Shown piece after piece: positions 1 to 11,861 of a stretch of DNA of 64,000 nt. Made by a program: the position numbers and the translations under genes. The first letter of the stretch is position 1; each line of letters opens with the position of its first letter. Under the pieces are notes generated by a model. It did not search any database. It had not been told where the DNA came from and saw nothing but the letters and a program-made list of their open reading frames with translations. Origin of the DNA: Paraspadella gotoi (taxonomy: Eukaryota; Animalia; Chaetognatha); assembly GCA_051294375.1 (NCBI GenBank), contig CM119264.1, positions 1,471,923 to 1,535,922 on the forward strand. Direction: 5' to 3'.

Positions 1-1062
1 GGAACCACGAAAACGGAGACATAAAAGAAGAGAATGGCAATAAACCCTAACGGAGAAATAATTTGGCGGGAAAAATTTTTTTCGAAAAATGGGAGTGAAC
101 CGGGTGATAGAAGAGAAAAAGTTAGGGGGGCGTATGAGGGGAGAGGGAGAAGAGAAAACGAGGTGATAATCGAAATGCCAAATGGGGATAGAATTCATAA
201 TCGTAAAAAGGCGGTGAAAAAAAAATAAGTGTGGCTGCCTTCGAAGAAAGAGGTTTTCAATAAAGGGAAAAGGGAATCGAAATGAAAAGAGAAGTGATAC
301 GTTTTAGGAGTTGATGAGAGCTGTGAAACTGTTTGTGACTTTTTATAGGGCAATGACACAGTTTATGCACTTTAAATTATCGAAGATCGTGTATAGACTT
401 TGATTAATTTTATTTTAAAGTAAGTATGCTCAGAATCAGACGCGACATTCTTTCCTCCAATCTCAAAAAGAAATCTATTTTTAAGTGAGACTTTTTTCGT
501 AACGAGTGTCTCTGTCTTTTTTGTGTCACCAAACGGATTTCTAATTCACAGGAGATTTTGTTCAATATATGGTCGCCATAAGCGAAATAAAAAAGAGAAA
601 ACTGGTGACAGAAGGTAAATGAGAGAGAATCACAGAGAAAGAAATGGACCGCAAAAAAACAATGGGGTGAAGAGGTCACGTTTACGATTTTAAGAAAAAG
701 CATAACAACGCAAAAAACCGGAACGCGAACGCCAAACTCTCTCTAACTCTCCCTCCTCTCCATTCTCTTTCTCTCTTCACCCTTTTTTTCTTTCCATTTT
801 CCTTATTCCGTTCGCATGAGAAATTCGAGACGAGTTGAGGCAAGTAAAAAAAAACAAGGCAAAACAAAAAACAATCAGGTTTTTGTTGTTGTCCGCCAGA
901 TGGAAATGAATTTCAAACTTCACAACCCTCACTTTAAAATCGACGGTTATCGCGAGTTCAACTCGTTCGTCGAATTTCACAATTTTTGTGCGAAACTCAA
1001 GGGGAAAAATCCCCTACGAAAAAATTTTTGTCGTCAATATTCCGTCCATAATTATAGATTAC

Positions 1063-1153
<91 letters not shown>

Positions 1154-1885
1154 CAAAATTCAACGGTGAACAAAAGAATAACATTAATATTCGGAATTAG
1201 TTTATCGTTTCGTCAGACGGTTGGTCATGTTTTCAGTAAAGATGTGGCCTTTTTTGTGATCGTATCAGCTGTTTTCCCTCTCTCTCGCTCTCCATCGTTT
1301 CATCATTTTCTGAAAGACCCGAGGCAAATTTTTCGGCCCGACTACTTTTTGGCCAAAAAGCAACAGACATTCCCTCCAACTCAAATAGACGGCGAAGATC
1401 GTAGTCAGTCCTTCCGTTTTCTGCGGAAGAGCGACAAGCCGCGATAACGAACGCCCGCCGTCGGAAACGTGCGTCTCCTCTGCGGGGCGTTGACCACCCT
1501 CAGCATCCGAGTTCCTCTCACCCTCGAGGATCACCCCACCCTCTCGAGACGGAAAGCTGCAATGAAACACCGCACCCACGTCGACGAAACCCTTCAGACT
1601 TGGCCCCACCGCCGGCGCGCCACTGCCGCTCCGCCTACATCCTTTCCTCCACGGCCGTCTGCTGTAGTTCACTCGCGTGAAAAACCCACCCGTTTCCTGA
1701 GTCCGATTCCTGAGTCCTGAGTCCTGAGTCCCGATTCCTGAGTCCCGATTCGGGAACGACGGAGCGCGACAACCAAATGTTCTTCAATTCTTTCGTTTAT
1801 TTTTTTCCTTTTTTTTTTTTGCGACGGGGGACTCAATGTTGTACCAAAGTCATAAAAAAATTTTGGATATTAATAAAAATAGTTT

Positions 1886-1910
1886 NNNNNNNNNNNNNNN
1901 NNNNNNNNNN
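1886..1910. other. Assembly gap (25 N); further gaps at 39027-39051 (25 N), 52070-52094 (25 N) and 62868-62904 (37 N)
   Basis: Runs of n counted directly in the sequence. Confidence 0.99.
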
Positions 1911-2886
1911 AAAGTTAAGCAAAAAATGTTTTTACATTTTTGTAAATTTTGATGTTTTATTACTGAAAACTATCGAAAAATGCTAAAATCATCGGATGAT
2001 GATGCATGTCCCAATGGTACTGTCGGTTAACTTTTACATATTGTGCGGAACTGTGTTATTAAATCTTATTTCTGACATAACAATGTCAAAGATAAGTTCT
2101 TACCATTTATGATAATATCCCGGGTACGTTCGCAAGTGACACCAATAAAATATTTAATAAAGATAATTTTTAAGCACATCATTAGTTAAAGAACTATTGG
2201 ACGTTTTTAGTCGAATCTGCTATATCAGCAGATCCCGACTCTATAATCCACTTTGTCGGTCCATCGGTCCGCCCCCTTAATCTTGTCGAGCATTCACTTA
2301 TATCAAGTCAGAACATCTAATTATGATAAACTATCCAAAAAAAATTATGTCTGTCCGTCCGTCCCACCTCAGCGGTTTGAAAAAGTCGGTTAATTTCATT
2401 GTCAAATATATTTTTTGGCCGGTAAATAGGTTTTATTATGTTATATGACCTCCCTAAGACTGAATAAAATATTATTTCTCAACAGCATAACATTATTTAA
2501 TGCATACAAATACTTCCAAAAGAGGTTGTCTCCAACTTTTTTCACCTCTTTTTGATCAAGAGGACTACTCACATTATTGTAATATTATATATATAACATG
2601 ATATTTTTTATCAGATTTTGAGAAGAAAATAGTCTTTGGCAAACAGTGAAAAAGATTGATCCTCTATAAAGTCAACCACGCTTAAGTTGTTGCTGCCTAA
2701 TGTGATGATGCATTGCCTTTCATTTTAACAAAATCTTTGATTTTTTTGGACTGGTTTGATATTTGGTTCTGATAATACATCCAGAGTCAAAATAAAAAAT
2801 GATAACTTTACTCGCAGAAAGGTTACCCAGAGCCTTATAACTCTTTTTGATACTTTAATATAATATAAAAATAATATTCTGGATAT

Positions 2887-2918
<32 letters not shown>

Positions 2919-4527
2919 TTCTATAAGCTTCAATGTATTTTTAACACCACTTTTTTTTGGACATAAGAATTAAGATTCATCCCTGAATCTATCCTAATGA
3001 AGATGATGCAATAACCATTTTAAATAAGACTGAGAAAAGGCATGGATTTTTAATAGTAACAGTTTAACTCAAAAAGTAATAAAAAAACCCGGAAATTAGT
3101 ATAAATGAAAAGTGTAGTTATAAAAAAGATTAAAAAAAAAGAAGCTTTATTTTTGAACAACTCATTTTCTTTTGCATGGAATTCTTGTATTTTTTGTCGT
3201 ACATAAATGAGACACAGCTCATATGAATCACAAAAGGCCAAAGTTTTTCGATATTTAAATTTTATTTTTCGATTCTTACATTAAAATGCCGAAAAATAGA
3301 TGGAAAATAACCGCAACAGTTTTTGTTTTCCATCATGGTATTATTACTCCAATTAATCATAATTGGATGGATGATTGAGATGAAATTTTATGTGCGGGTA
3401 GGAGAGTGTGTGACGAAGCTGGATATAAAGTTTTGATGGAATCGTGCTAGTGGAAATGAGTTTAAATTAAAAAAATATAAGTCACATTTACTTGAAGAAT
3501 CTTTTTACTAATTATAGAATATATAGTATATATATATATATATATATATATAATATCCAGAATATTATTTTTATATTATATTAAAGTATCAAAAAGAGTT
3601 ATAAGGCTCTGGGTAACCTTTCTGCGAGTAAAGTTATCATTTTTATTTGACTCTGGATGTATTATCAGAACCAAATATCAAACCAGTCCAAAAAAAATCA
3701 AAGATTTTGTTAAAATGAAAGGCAATGCATCATCACATTAGGCAGCAACAACTTAAGCGTGGTTGACTTTATAGAGGATCAATCTTTTTCACTGTTTGCC
3801 AAAGACTATTTTCTTCTCAAAATCTGATAAAAAATATCATGTTATATATATAATATTAACAATAATGTGAGTAGTCCTCTTGATCAAAAAGAGGTGAAAA
3901 AAGTTGGAGACAACCTCTTTTGGAAGTATTTGTATGCATTAAATAATGTTATGCTGTTGAGAAATAATATTTTATTCAGTCTTAGGGAGGTCATATAACA
4001 TAATAAAACCTATTTACCGGCCAAAAAATATATTTGACAATGAAATTAACCGACTTTTTCAAACCGCTGAGGTGGGACGGACGGACAGACATAATTTTTT
4101 TTGGATAGTTTATCATAATTAGATGTTCTGACTTGATATAAGTGAATGCTCGACAAGATTAAGGGGGCGGACCGATGGACCGACAAAGTGGATTATAGAG
4201 TCGGGATCTGCTGATAAGCAGATTCGACTAAAAACGTCCAATAGTTCTTTAACTAATGATGTGCTTAAAAATTATCTTTATTAAATATTTTATTGGTGTC
4301 ACTTGCGAACGTACCCGGGATATTATCATAAATGGTAAGAACTTATCTTTGACATTGTTATGTCAGAAATAAGATTTAATAACACAGTTCCGCACAATAT
4401 GTAAAAGTTAACCGACAGTACCATTGGGACATGCATCATCATCCGATGATTTTAGCATTTTTCGATAGTTTTCAGTAATAAAACATCAAAATTTACAAAA
4501 ATGTAAAAACATTTTTTGCTTAACTTT
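1911..4527. repeat. Near-perfect ~1 kb inverted repeat (arms ~1911-2925 and ~3511-4527, spacer ~585 bp)
   Basis: aaagttaagcaaaaaatgtttttac... at 1911 is the reverse complement of ...gtaaaaacattttttgcttaacttt ending at 4527. Complementarity continues inward to the (TA)n tracts at ~2890 and ~3530. The left arm abuts an N gap. Confidence 0.95.
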
Positions 4528-4919
4528 TTGAGCTCTATCAGAAACAATAAAAAAACTATAAAGTATACTAAAGTATACTAAAGTATACTAAAACAATTTT
4601 TGACATTATATAGTAATATAATAATTTTAATCAGCAAATTACTCATGGTTCGCAACATTTTTACAAAAAAATATTTTAATACTATAACTAATAAGACGGG
4701 CCAAAATTGATCACTTTTTATCATTAAAAGTTCTGTAATACAAAATTTATTTGTCCATCATATACTTTATCAATATTTATTATCACTTTTTTAAATAGTG
4801 AAGCACAGTATAATATTGAAGCATATAAATATTTATCAATAAGTGGGTCAAATAATAGAAAACTCTTTAAAATCATCATCATCATCCTACAAACAAATTT
4901 GGAAATCTTCTAGTAATAT

Positions 4920-5700
4920 TTTTAGTCGGATCTGCTTATCAGCAGATCCTGACTCTATAATTCACTTTGTCGGTCCGTCGGTTCGCCCCCTCAATATTGT
5001 CGGGCACACACTTATATCATGTCAGAACATCGAATTATAATAAATTATGCAAAAAAAAAAACGATTTCCGTCCGTCCGTCTGTCCGTCCGTCCGTCCGTC
5101 CGTCCGTCGTCCGTCCGTCCGTCCGTCCGTCCGTCCGTCCGTCCGTCCGTCCGTCCGTCCCGTCCGTCCGTCCGTCCGTCGTCCACCTTAGCAAAAAACT
5201 CCAATTACTCGTGATTGGATGGATGGAATGGTATGAAATTTTGTGTGTGGGTAGGAAACTGTGTGATTGAGATGGATATGAAGTTTCGAGGGAATCGTGC
5301 GAGTGGAAATTGGTTTAAATGGAAAAAACAAAAAAATATATTTCACTATTTGAACGCCAATTGCTCATGAGTGGATAGGGCAATTGACTTCAAATTTTGT
5401 ATGATGGTGGGAAAGTGTGTGATTGAGCTGGATATAAAGTTTCGATAGAATCGTGCGAGTGGAAATGAGTTAAAATGGAAAAAAAACAAAAGTCATATTT
5501 ACTTGAAGTATTTTTACTTAAATTTACTCATAATTATTATGTTTATTAAAAATTGGATAGATAAATCGAAATTGAATTTTGTGTGTGGTAGGAAAGTATG
5601 TGATAAAGCTGGATATAAATTTTTTGATGGAATCGTAGGAGTAGAAAAAGAGTTCAAAATAGAAAACCAAAAGACACATTTATTTGAATTTTTTAAAGTT
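4920..5700 (+). mobile_element. Non-autonomous DINE-1/Helentron-like element with (CCGT)n core; related copies at ~2205-2375(+), ~4065-4235(-), ~9165-9452(-), ~23345-23600(-)
   Basis: Shared head tttttag-tcggatctgcttatcagcagatcctgac (hairpin)-tctataa-...gtcggtccgtcgg, then a (CCGT)n microsatellite and internally repeated blocks (gatataaagtttcgat..aatcgtgcgagtggaaatgag). A hairpin plus GTCY repeats is the known DINE-1/HINE layout. The family assignment is inference. Confidence 0.6.
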
Positions 5701-5721
5701 TCTCTCTCTCTATCTCTCTAT

Positions 5722-5927
5722 GATTAATTGATTGATTGATTGATGATTGATTGATTGATATTGATTGATTGATTGATTGACCAAATTATGCCAATTGACA
5801 AAAATATGACAGTTGACCAAATTCTTAAAAGTTGACCAAATTCTGCAAGTTGATAAAATTTCTTGCAAGTTGACCAAATTATGCGCCGGTTGACCAAATT
5901 ATGTCAGTTGACCAAATTATGTCAGTA
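5722..5927. repeat. (GATT)n followed by ~19-21 bp minisatellite (gttgaccaaattatgtca)
   Basis: Direct inspection. Confidence 0.85.
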
Positions 5928-6391
5928 TTATATAAAAGGAAAGTATGTTCTGAATTTTTTGGGGATGCCTCTGAGACCATCAGGTATTAAATGAAATTTA
6001 TAATTTTACTTGGATATGTTAATTAATTCAAAGATCTTTTATGTAGCTTTGAGCTGCTGCTTCATCTCGGCTCTGCTGCTGCTTCTTGGCTCTGCTACTT
6101 ATACTTATCATGCTGCTGTTTGTCTCTTAATGACTATTGGATATTAAATACATAATAAAGTTATTATTCATTTTTATCTTTTGGAATCTAGATTGAGTTA
6201 TATAGCACTGCCCAAAAAAAAGTTTAAAATAAGAAATCTGTACAATGCAGATTTTACAAAAATTGTTACAATAATGAAAAAAAATGTTTTAAAGTGAATT
6301 CTACATTCGAAACTTGACAATGGATGGAGACAATGTATTCTACTAAATATAAATTTATGAATAGTGAATAAACCACATCAATATTTTCAAA

Positions 6392-8779
6392 TCAGTTTGC
6401 AATCGTGAGTATCACAATTGGGACAACAACTAAAAAAGTGAGAGAAGGCAGATCACCAAAATCTGTGTATCCTTCATCTATTCCAGCACCGATCAAGTGG
6501 AACTTTAGTCCTGGGCGGGTCCCTGGCAGAAGAGACCTGAAATGGCACGGCTCGCTCATATCATAGTGGATCTTGGTCAGGTATCGGGAATTAAAGGCTT
6601 CTTGGTAATTTAGTGAAGTTACTTGAAAAAAGACTAATCTATCCAGGTTTTCATCGTAAAGAGGATTGTTGGAATAATTGGCAATCCTTTCTATCTTAAA
6701 GGCAAATTGAAAGAAAATGTAGAGAAGAACAAGGCATTGACAGAAATTGCCAAATGTTATTCTGACTTTACGACTTTCTGATACTCTGGCTTTAATCAGA
6801 AATACCAGAATGTTCAAGCCCGGGAAAAAAGAAAGACAGAATAAACGATAAAAATTATCCTTCAAAATTAAGTAGTTCAGCATGTTTCTATGCAAATAAT
6901 TGTACTTAGCAACTTTTACATTTTTTTGGGGTTCATAAGTAAAGCTTGTAATTTTTTCCCAAATTGTTACTTTAGCTAAATCACTGTGTATAAAAACATA
7001 GGTCCAGTATGGTAAAGAAAATAATAAAATTCCGCTAATAAACATAATTGCAATAACTATGTTATTCTTTTTGTGTTGGAGAAAAAAAAACTGCACTTGC
7101 ACAAGTGATAAAATGAACAGTGTCAATGGAAGTAAATCTGTCATAAGCTTTGCCATTTCATAACTTTTTTGTTCAGAAAATTTTAGCATTTTTAACAAAG
7201 GTTTTTGCATGTATTTTTTTCTACATCCAGCTAAATATTTTTTATAAACAAATTGAAAATTATAGGAAAATACAATATTTATGATAAGAATTAAAATTGC
7301 TGTAAAAAAACCAGTTGATAAATACACTTTAATTTTTTTACAATTGTTAATTATTTGAAAATAATAGGCTGTAGACAGAACTAGATCAGAAGTGACCAAT
7401 GCAAGATAAAATGAATATGAAAATCCAAACAAAAAGTAGTTCCCCATTTTCAATTTGTAAGACACATCATTTACATTTAAAACAAATGGTATTCTTAAAC
7501 TGTAATTTAGGGTCAAATTGTAATCCTGGCAAGTTTTTCCCCATTGAGAAAATTCCTTCTGTTTCTGTATCAAAATGCAGTGAAAATTTTCTCTCGCATG
7601 TGCTGTACCAAATTGGAAATAATATGGATTTCCAACGATCGCCCAAAACACCTGATTCCTTTCATATTTCATTGTGGCAAGGCCAGAAAAAGAAATCCAA
7701 TGTCTATAATTGATTGATTCACTGATTTGATAATGTTTTTCACATGTGCACACAAAGGACAACAATAAAGAAGAAAGAAGAGGCGTAAATAGGATTTCTG
7801 CGCAGAAATAGTCTTCAGCTTGTTTTTGTTGTAACATGGATATATTGGGACTCAAAAGATACTTTATTATTTTTTTCAATTCCACAACAGAAAAAACTCT
7901 CAAAATAAAAAAAGGAATCAATATTAGAAAGGGCAAACAATACTTTCCTGCAAAAACAAAGACAATAAATAGACAAACACTCAATCCAATCATTCCCTGA
8001 ATCATCCCTAGAAACTGTAAAAAGTTTTCTTTGCTTTTGTTTACGTTATTCTTGGTTAGGAAACTAAGGTTTTTTTTTGCTCTAAAATTGGATGCTAGCT
8101 TTGAGACACTTATGGTCGAAGAAACCCAGGAGAAGATTAAAAAATAATCTTTGATTGGCCACTTGCAAATATAGACTTGCCCAATTGTTTTTGCTCGGGA
8201 TTGATCTCTGCTGCAATGGCAAGTCAAATTGTCATTTGTGATAATACGTCCATCATTGTTCAAAAAAAATACCACCCCTTTGGTGGTTATAAAATTGTAA
8301 GGTCGAGGAAAGCATTGCTCTTTCAATCCGCTGGTCAGGGAAAATAGAAATGCTGCAGTTTGCAGCAACATTTGCGGAAAAGATTCTAGAAGAACATGAA
8401 TCATATTTTGCATAAAGATTATATCTTCTTTGTCTTTTATTACTTCTTCCTTGCCTGAACATTTTTTGTCTAAATACAGATCCACGGACAATGGAATCAT
8501 AGCCAAGCCCAAAGCATGACCCAAAATAGTGAGACTCTTTCTGCCAAATGTTTTTGTGAGCTGCTTGTACTTGTGATGGCCTCGAAAAATGGCCAGTGAT
8601 CCATACCAGGTCGAAAAGATGCAATGAGCAGTGATGATGCCCACACTGATGAAACCAATTGTAGGAAACATCGGGATTGGCGAAGTCAGAAATTGGATGA
8701 TTGAGTTTAAGTCTGTCGCGAAATCAATGACGTCTAGGCCATTCGTTATCAGTAAAGAGAGGAGTATCGTTAACGACAT
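6392..8779 (-). CDS. Intronless XK-related (XKR scramblase-like) multi-pass membrane protein, 795 aa
   Basis: 2.4 kb uninterrupted, non-repetitive ORF with many hydrophobic segments. XK-family-like motifs: DVIDFATDLNSIIQF (TM1 D..TD), HVLLESFPQMLLQ (E-x-x-PQ-x-x-LQ) and SWVSSTISVSK. The family call comes from motif recognition only. Confidence 0.8.
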   Translation of the reverse strand: MSLTILLSLLITNGLDVIDFATDLNSIIQFLTSPIPMFPTIGFISVGIITAHCIFSTWYGSLAIFRGHHKYKQLTKTFGRKSLTILGHALGLAMIPLSVDLYLDKKCSGKEEVIKDKEDIIFMQNMIHVLLESFPQMLLQTAAFLFSLTSGLKEQCFPRPYNFITTKGVVFFLNNDGRIITNDNLTCHCSRDQSRAKTIGQVYICKWPIKDYFLIFSWVSSTISVSKLASNFRAKKNLSFLTKNNVNKSKENFLQFLGMIQGMIGLSVCLFIVFVFAGKYCLPFLILIPFFILRVFSVVELKKIIKYLLSPNISMLQQKQAEDYFCAEILFTPLLSSLLLSFVCTCEKHYQISESINYRHWISFSGLATMKYERNQVFWAIVGNPYYFQFGTAHARENFHCILIQKQKEFSQWGKTCQDYNLTLNYSLRIPFVLNVNDVSYKLKMGNYFLFGFSYSFYLALVTSDLVLSTAYYFQIINNCKKIKVYLSTGFFTAILILIINIVFSYNFQFVYKKYLAGCRKKYMQKPLLKMLKFSEQKSYEMAKLMTDLLPLTLFILSLVQVQFFFLQHKKNNIVIAIMFISGILLFSLPYWTYVFIHSDLAKVTIWEKITSFTYEPQKNVKVAKYNYLHRNMLNYLILKDNFYRLFCLSFFPGLNILVFLIKARVSESRKVRITFGNFCQCLVLLYIFFQFAFKIERIANYSNNPLYDENLDRLVFFQVTSLNYQEAFNSRYLTKIHYDMSEPCHFRSLLPGTRPGLKFHLIGAGIDEGYTDFGDLPSLTFLVVVPIVILTIAN

Positions 8780-9018
8780 CTTGTAAAAACCTTAGAAGTT
8801 AGTAGTTACTACAGTACAAACCATAATTAATTAATATTAATATTTTTCATTCGTGTTAAAATCGTTTTCCACTTTGTCTCGCCTCTCAATCTCAAAACAA
8901 CAATCTCGATCACAAAATTAATTAATTAATTAATTACAAATAATTAATTAATTAATTACTTAATATTAATAATTAATTATTGCAGTTTGAATTTACATTT
9001 AATATAAAAATATTTTTG

Positions 9019-9110
9019 AGAAAGCAAAGTATTTTTTAAACTATTACAACGATTTTTTTTTTATTAAGAGACGGACATGTTTCGGCTTGTTGGCTTCAAG
9101 CCTTCATCAG
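9019..9110 (-). ncRNA. Hammerhead-ribozyme-like motif (type I, minimal) in a 92-nt repeat
   Basis: Minus strand reads CTGATGA-a-ggcttg-aagccaa-caagcc-GAAAC-atgtcc-GTC. The core boxes and a 6-bp stem II are visible; stem I pairing is poor in this copy. Confidence 0.65.
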
Positions 9111-10669
9111 AATTTGACATTCATTAAAAAGTTTGTGTAAAGGAAGAGTTTGTGAGAGAGAGAAAAATTTACATTCGGACGATTCCATCAAAACATGATT
9201 TCCTGCTTAATAACACACTTCTCTACACACACAAAAAATTTCAAGTCAATCGCCCAATGCATTCGTGAGTAATATGCGTTCAAAGCTAAAGGGAGACGGA
9301 CGGACTGACTGACGGACAGACGGATGGACATCATTTTTTTTGGCATAATTTATCATAATTCGATGTTTTGAGTTGATATAAGTGATTTACCGCCAAGATT
9401 TATGGATGGGACCGACGGACCGACAAAGTGGATTATAGAGTCGGAATCTGCCATTGGGATGGGTCATCTCACTGTTGGCTTTGGGGGCTTCCGACCCTCA
9501 GTGACGCCTCCAGTCACTGGCGCGGTTATCAACGCAGAGGGAAGTCGTTAGGACTGTGGATGGAACACTATACTTGGGATGGTGTTTTCCCCCTCTGAGC
9601 CAATGGATTTGGCTTAAGAATGGTGGACGTGAGGCGGTGTGAATATACCGCCACAATTTATTGATTAATCTTTTTTACAGTGCATGCGATATCTCTTTAC
9701 TAGTAATAGTAAATAGTATTTCATTTAATATTTCACCTTTATGGCGTAGATTTGCTACACTTGCCACCATAAATAATTTCGACCAACAACAAAATTGGTA
9801 AAAATACTGGAACACAACGGATGATGGCGTCAGGAGCGAAGGCACATATTCGATAATCGACGGTTAAAGCAATAAACATCGTCATCATCATCGTCATCAT
9901 CATCATCATCTTCATCGTTAATTCATTGTTATCAACGGCAAAGGTAATTGTTATCGAGGCAATTGTTATCGAGATCACAATACCCAAAGAACATAAATTC
10001 GCTTCATTCTATTCAAAACATTATAATTATATGTTTGACTGTATGTACTAACTTATTGTAACCATAAATTATTAAATTTACTAAGTATTTGCCTGGCATA
10101 AATGGGAAAAGCGTATGAAACTTAAAAGAATGTTTTGGTTTTACTCTGACATGATTCATGAAACGATTCATTTTAACGAAAAATAAAGATTTATCTCATT
10201 TTTTCATGAAAATACAGGAAAAACCTAGTAGATTAGTTTTTTTTTTTTCAATTAGCCTCCTTAATTCAGATTTTATCTATTTTTGTGACTGATTTAAGAA
10301 TTGGTTTAGGGATTTCTTAAGTTAAGTTAAAGTTCACTGATTTAAAAAAAAAAAAAACCGCTGCAACATCTTACTGACCGACATATATTTTCTGTATGAA
10401 GATAATGAAAAAATAATGAAAGGCCCAAATTATCCGATAATTAAAACTGATAATCAAGAATGACGTCAGATCATCAGGAATTAATTTGTCCATGTGGGCG
10501 AAAAATGTCTGTCAACTGGCGAATGAACTTGACTACCGTTTGGTTTAGCCACAATGTTAAAAAGGTTTTAAAGTTTAGAATGCTTTTACTTTTTAGCTTC
10601 AGCTAAAAATAATGACTTTAGTTCTACGGATATTTTTATATTAATACTCGCAATAAGTTGAGATACTCT

Positions 10670-10805
10670 TATGGTGGACTAAAATCCACCAACCGTTCAT
10701 CAACGGCCATTGGTGCCGGAGACAAGTCATTCGCCTCCCAACCCAAAGGTCCGGGGTTCTAGCCCAGTGGCCGCCTAGCAGTTAAGAGGGACGGGGCGCT
10801 AAACT
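10670..10805 (+). mobile_element. tRNA(Gly)-derived SINE, 3'-truncated copy
   Basis: ggccatt...agtggcc acceptor-like stem, ttcgcctcccaa resembling the tRNA-Gly(CCC) anticodon arm, B-box-like ggttctagccc, preceded by hairpin tggtgga-ctaaaa-tccacca. Near-identical copies at 12555-12789 and 17572-17756. Confidence 0.75.
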
Positions 10806-10919
10806 CCTTAAGAGTCCATTGTCCAATACTCATTAATAGAAATCGTTGTAAAAATACTAAAAACTTTCGTTTTCGAATCTGCTGATCTAATTGAACAACG
10901 AAAAGAGAGAAAATTGCAC

Positions 10920-11545
10920 AACTTTTAGCTTAAAATATAGGTTTATTTATATTTGATCTACTTAATGAAAAAGTTTTTAAAAAATTTATATTTCTTTATA
11001 TCAACTTTTCATGACGAATCCAAATCTGCAAAAAAATCTTACAATAAACTATTTTGAAATTTTAACATTTATTGGATTAGTACTCTGGGAAGATGGGTAT
11101 CTAGCTAAAGGTAGGTTCTAACTAGTCTCTCATCAGGGAAAAGAGGTAAGAAGGGTAAGGAATATATTGGTAATGGGTAAATAACTACAACAAAGGGAGC
11201 AAGGGTACATAAAAGGGAGAGAAGGGAGAGGGAAGGTTTTCAGACCCCGAGACCGAGAGGAGAAGTTGAACTAGTGAGTCCGATCTCCAAGACTCTATCC
11301 GTGACTCCGGGGATGAAGAGGAGGGGACGACGAGGGGAGGAGGAGGCGTTGAGAGGGGGAAGAGAAGGCCCGGGGGAGAGAGAGGTTCTGGTGATAGGGT
11401 GAGCCTCTATCTTGGTACTAGTATGAATATGGCCTACTGCGTAAATTGTAAAAATTATTATAAATCTTTTTTATACATAAATGTTCGTTAGTATACTGTT
11501 GTTCGTTCTTAACTTTTAGAATTTTAATTAAAGTTAAATTTAGAA
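10920..11545 (-). mobile_element. Partial copy of the AT-rich MITE seen at 17023-17571, interrupted by a ~350 bp purine-rich insert (~11073-11420)
   Basis: 10925-11072 and 11420-11540 are reverse-complement matches to 17030-17320 (e.g. gacgaatccaaatctg vs cagatttggattcgtc; ggcctactgcgtaaattgtaaaa). Confidence 0.65.
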
Positions 11546-11775
11546 TTTTACGCTTTACTGCCAAAAGTCATGAGCAAGATAGCTTATTTATTAAATGAAT
11601 GGATACTTTTTATATTAGTTGTACCTATTTCGTAAAACAACCGCCCGAGAGACAATAAAAACATTTCGATAATTTTAGAAGCAAAAGAATAAATATTCCG
11701 TCGTGAATAATAAGGAAATTATGCGACGTCACCTTTTGCTCTTAATTCGGACCATCGGAGGAAAAGGAGAGAGAG

Positions 11776-11861
<86 letters not shown>

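Noticed and set aside
9739-9987. ORF ending VEIIYGGKCS, resembling a Kazal C-terminus
   Set aside because: Lacks the VCGxDGxTY core and Cys spacing; the upstream part is an (ATC)n repeat.
10706-10775. Functional tRNA-Gly gene
   Set aside because: The D and anticodon arms do not pair properly, and it is embedded in a longer repeat present three times, so it is called as a SINE.
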